Below, piece by piece: positions 63,130 to 64,000 of a stretch of DNA of 64,000 nt (the stretch's first letter is position 1; every line of letters starts with the position of its first letter). This DNA is from Octopus vulgaris. Its lineage: Eukaryota. Under the pieces are notes generated by a model. It saw only the letters and a program-made list of their open reading frames with translations, did no database searches and was not told the DNA's origin. The stretch is taken from contig OX597816.1 in assembly GCA_951406725.2 (NCBI GenBank), forward strand, positions 53,754,001 to 53,818,000, given 5' to 3'. A program made the position numbers and the translations under genes.

Positions 63130-63485
63130 CATAACAAGAGCACTCAGAGAGCATAAACCTCTGACAAGGCAATGCCAGCTTCCTCTCAATGATTGGCCAG
63201 AGATGATTTTTAAAATGAGAATATCTGAAATAAATTTGACTGCTCTCACAAACGAGGATACTAAAAATGAACCTGACTGCTCTCAAAAATTAAATAAAAA
63301 AAAACAGAGAAGATTATCTAGATTCCTTGTCCGGTCCCAGATCAATCCCAAAATCTAATCAGTTCATACCAGTCATGAGGCCAAAAATCCCTGAAAGTTT
63401 CATTTGAATCCATCCGGCAGTTCTTGAGATATGTTGTCCAAAGACAAACAGACAAACAAAAAAAACATGACTGAAGACAAATATT
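63130..63485. mobile_element. probable Helentron/HINE-like non-autonomous repeat
   Basis: ataacaagagcactcagagagc...cctctgacaaggc, then caaaatctaatcag...aagtttcatttgaatccatcc...gacaaacagacaaac. The layout is recognised from memory only. Confidence 0.4.
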
Positions 63486-63862
63486 GTAACAAGGAAACAA
63501 AGGAAAAGAAAAAAGGGGTTGTGGGTGGAATTAAGCAACAAAAGGTGGTGGGGAGGGAATAAAAAGTTGTACCCCCCCCCCATTCTGAATGGTGTGTTCA
63601 GCCATGCTCATGGACATAGTTGCAAAGACATTGCCACAGAGAATGGCCAGCGACATTTGCTGCAAGTCAAAGGGCTCAGTTCTCAGACAGGATACCGTCA
63701 TCCCAATCTTGCAGAGGATGAGACAAGTCTTATTTCGATTTCTTCTCTTAAAATAAATATGTATATATAATTATTTAATATATAAACTGCTATAAATTGC
63801 TTTTTTTTTTCCATGCTGACTACTTGATAATTATCATTAACATGATTTTTATCTTTGTTTTA

Positions 63863-63934
<72 letters not shown>

Positions 63935-64000
63935 TGCATACATATACAGAATCTGATGTACATACATACATACAGGGAGAGTTTATGAAAAAAAACAAAA

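Overview
This is AT-rich, repeat-saturated eukaryotic (animal) DNA, most likely from an octopus or related coleoid cephalopod. That assignment is inferred from the SINE/RTE repertoire, the huge (TA)n/(CA)n microsatellites and the style of the C2H2 gene. Only one host gene is supported: a C2H2 zinc-finger gene with its CDS in one exon (26087-27202, +). The rest is nested transposable elements. These include a CR1 LINE with an uninterrupted ~1000-aa APE-RT ORF2 inside a giant (TA)n tract, a second degenerate CR1, RTE, L1/Tx1, CRE and R4/Dong remnants, Penelope-like remnants with hammerhead-ribozyme motifs, a Gypsy fragment, four mariner copies, Helitrons, hAT and piggyBac-type pieces, and at least three tRNA-SINE families. 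The observations most worth following up are: (i) several type I hammerhead ribozymes, including an inverted pair; (ii) a 3' end shared between the intact CR1 and the dominant SINE; (iii) an 839-bp CR1 segment copied into a neighbouring mariner; (iv) a 370-bp TSD-flanked non-coding RTE-type element; (v) a ~1-kb fold-back just upstream of the zinc-finger exon; and (vi) a 45-bp tandem array with inverted partner copies. All calls were made by eye with no database searches, and degenerate element boundaries are approximate.
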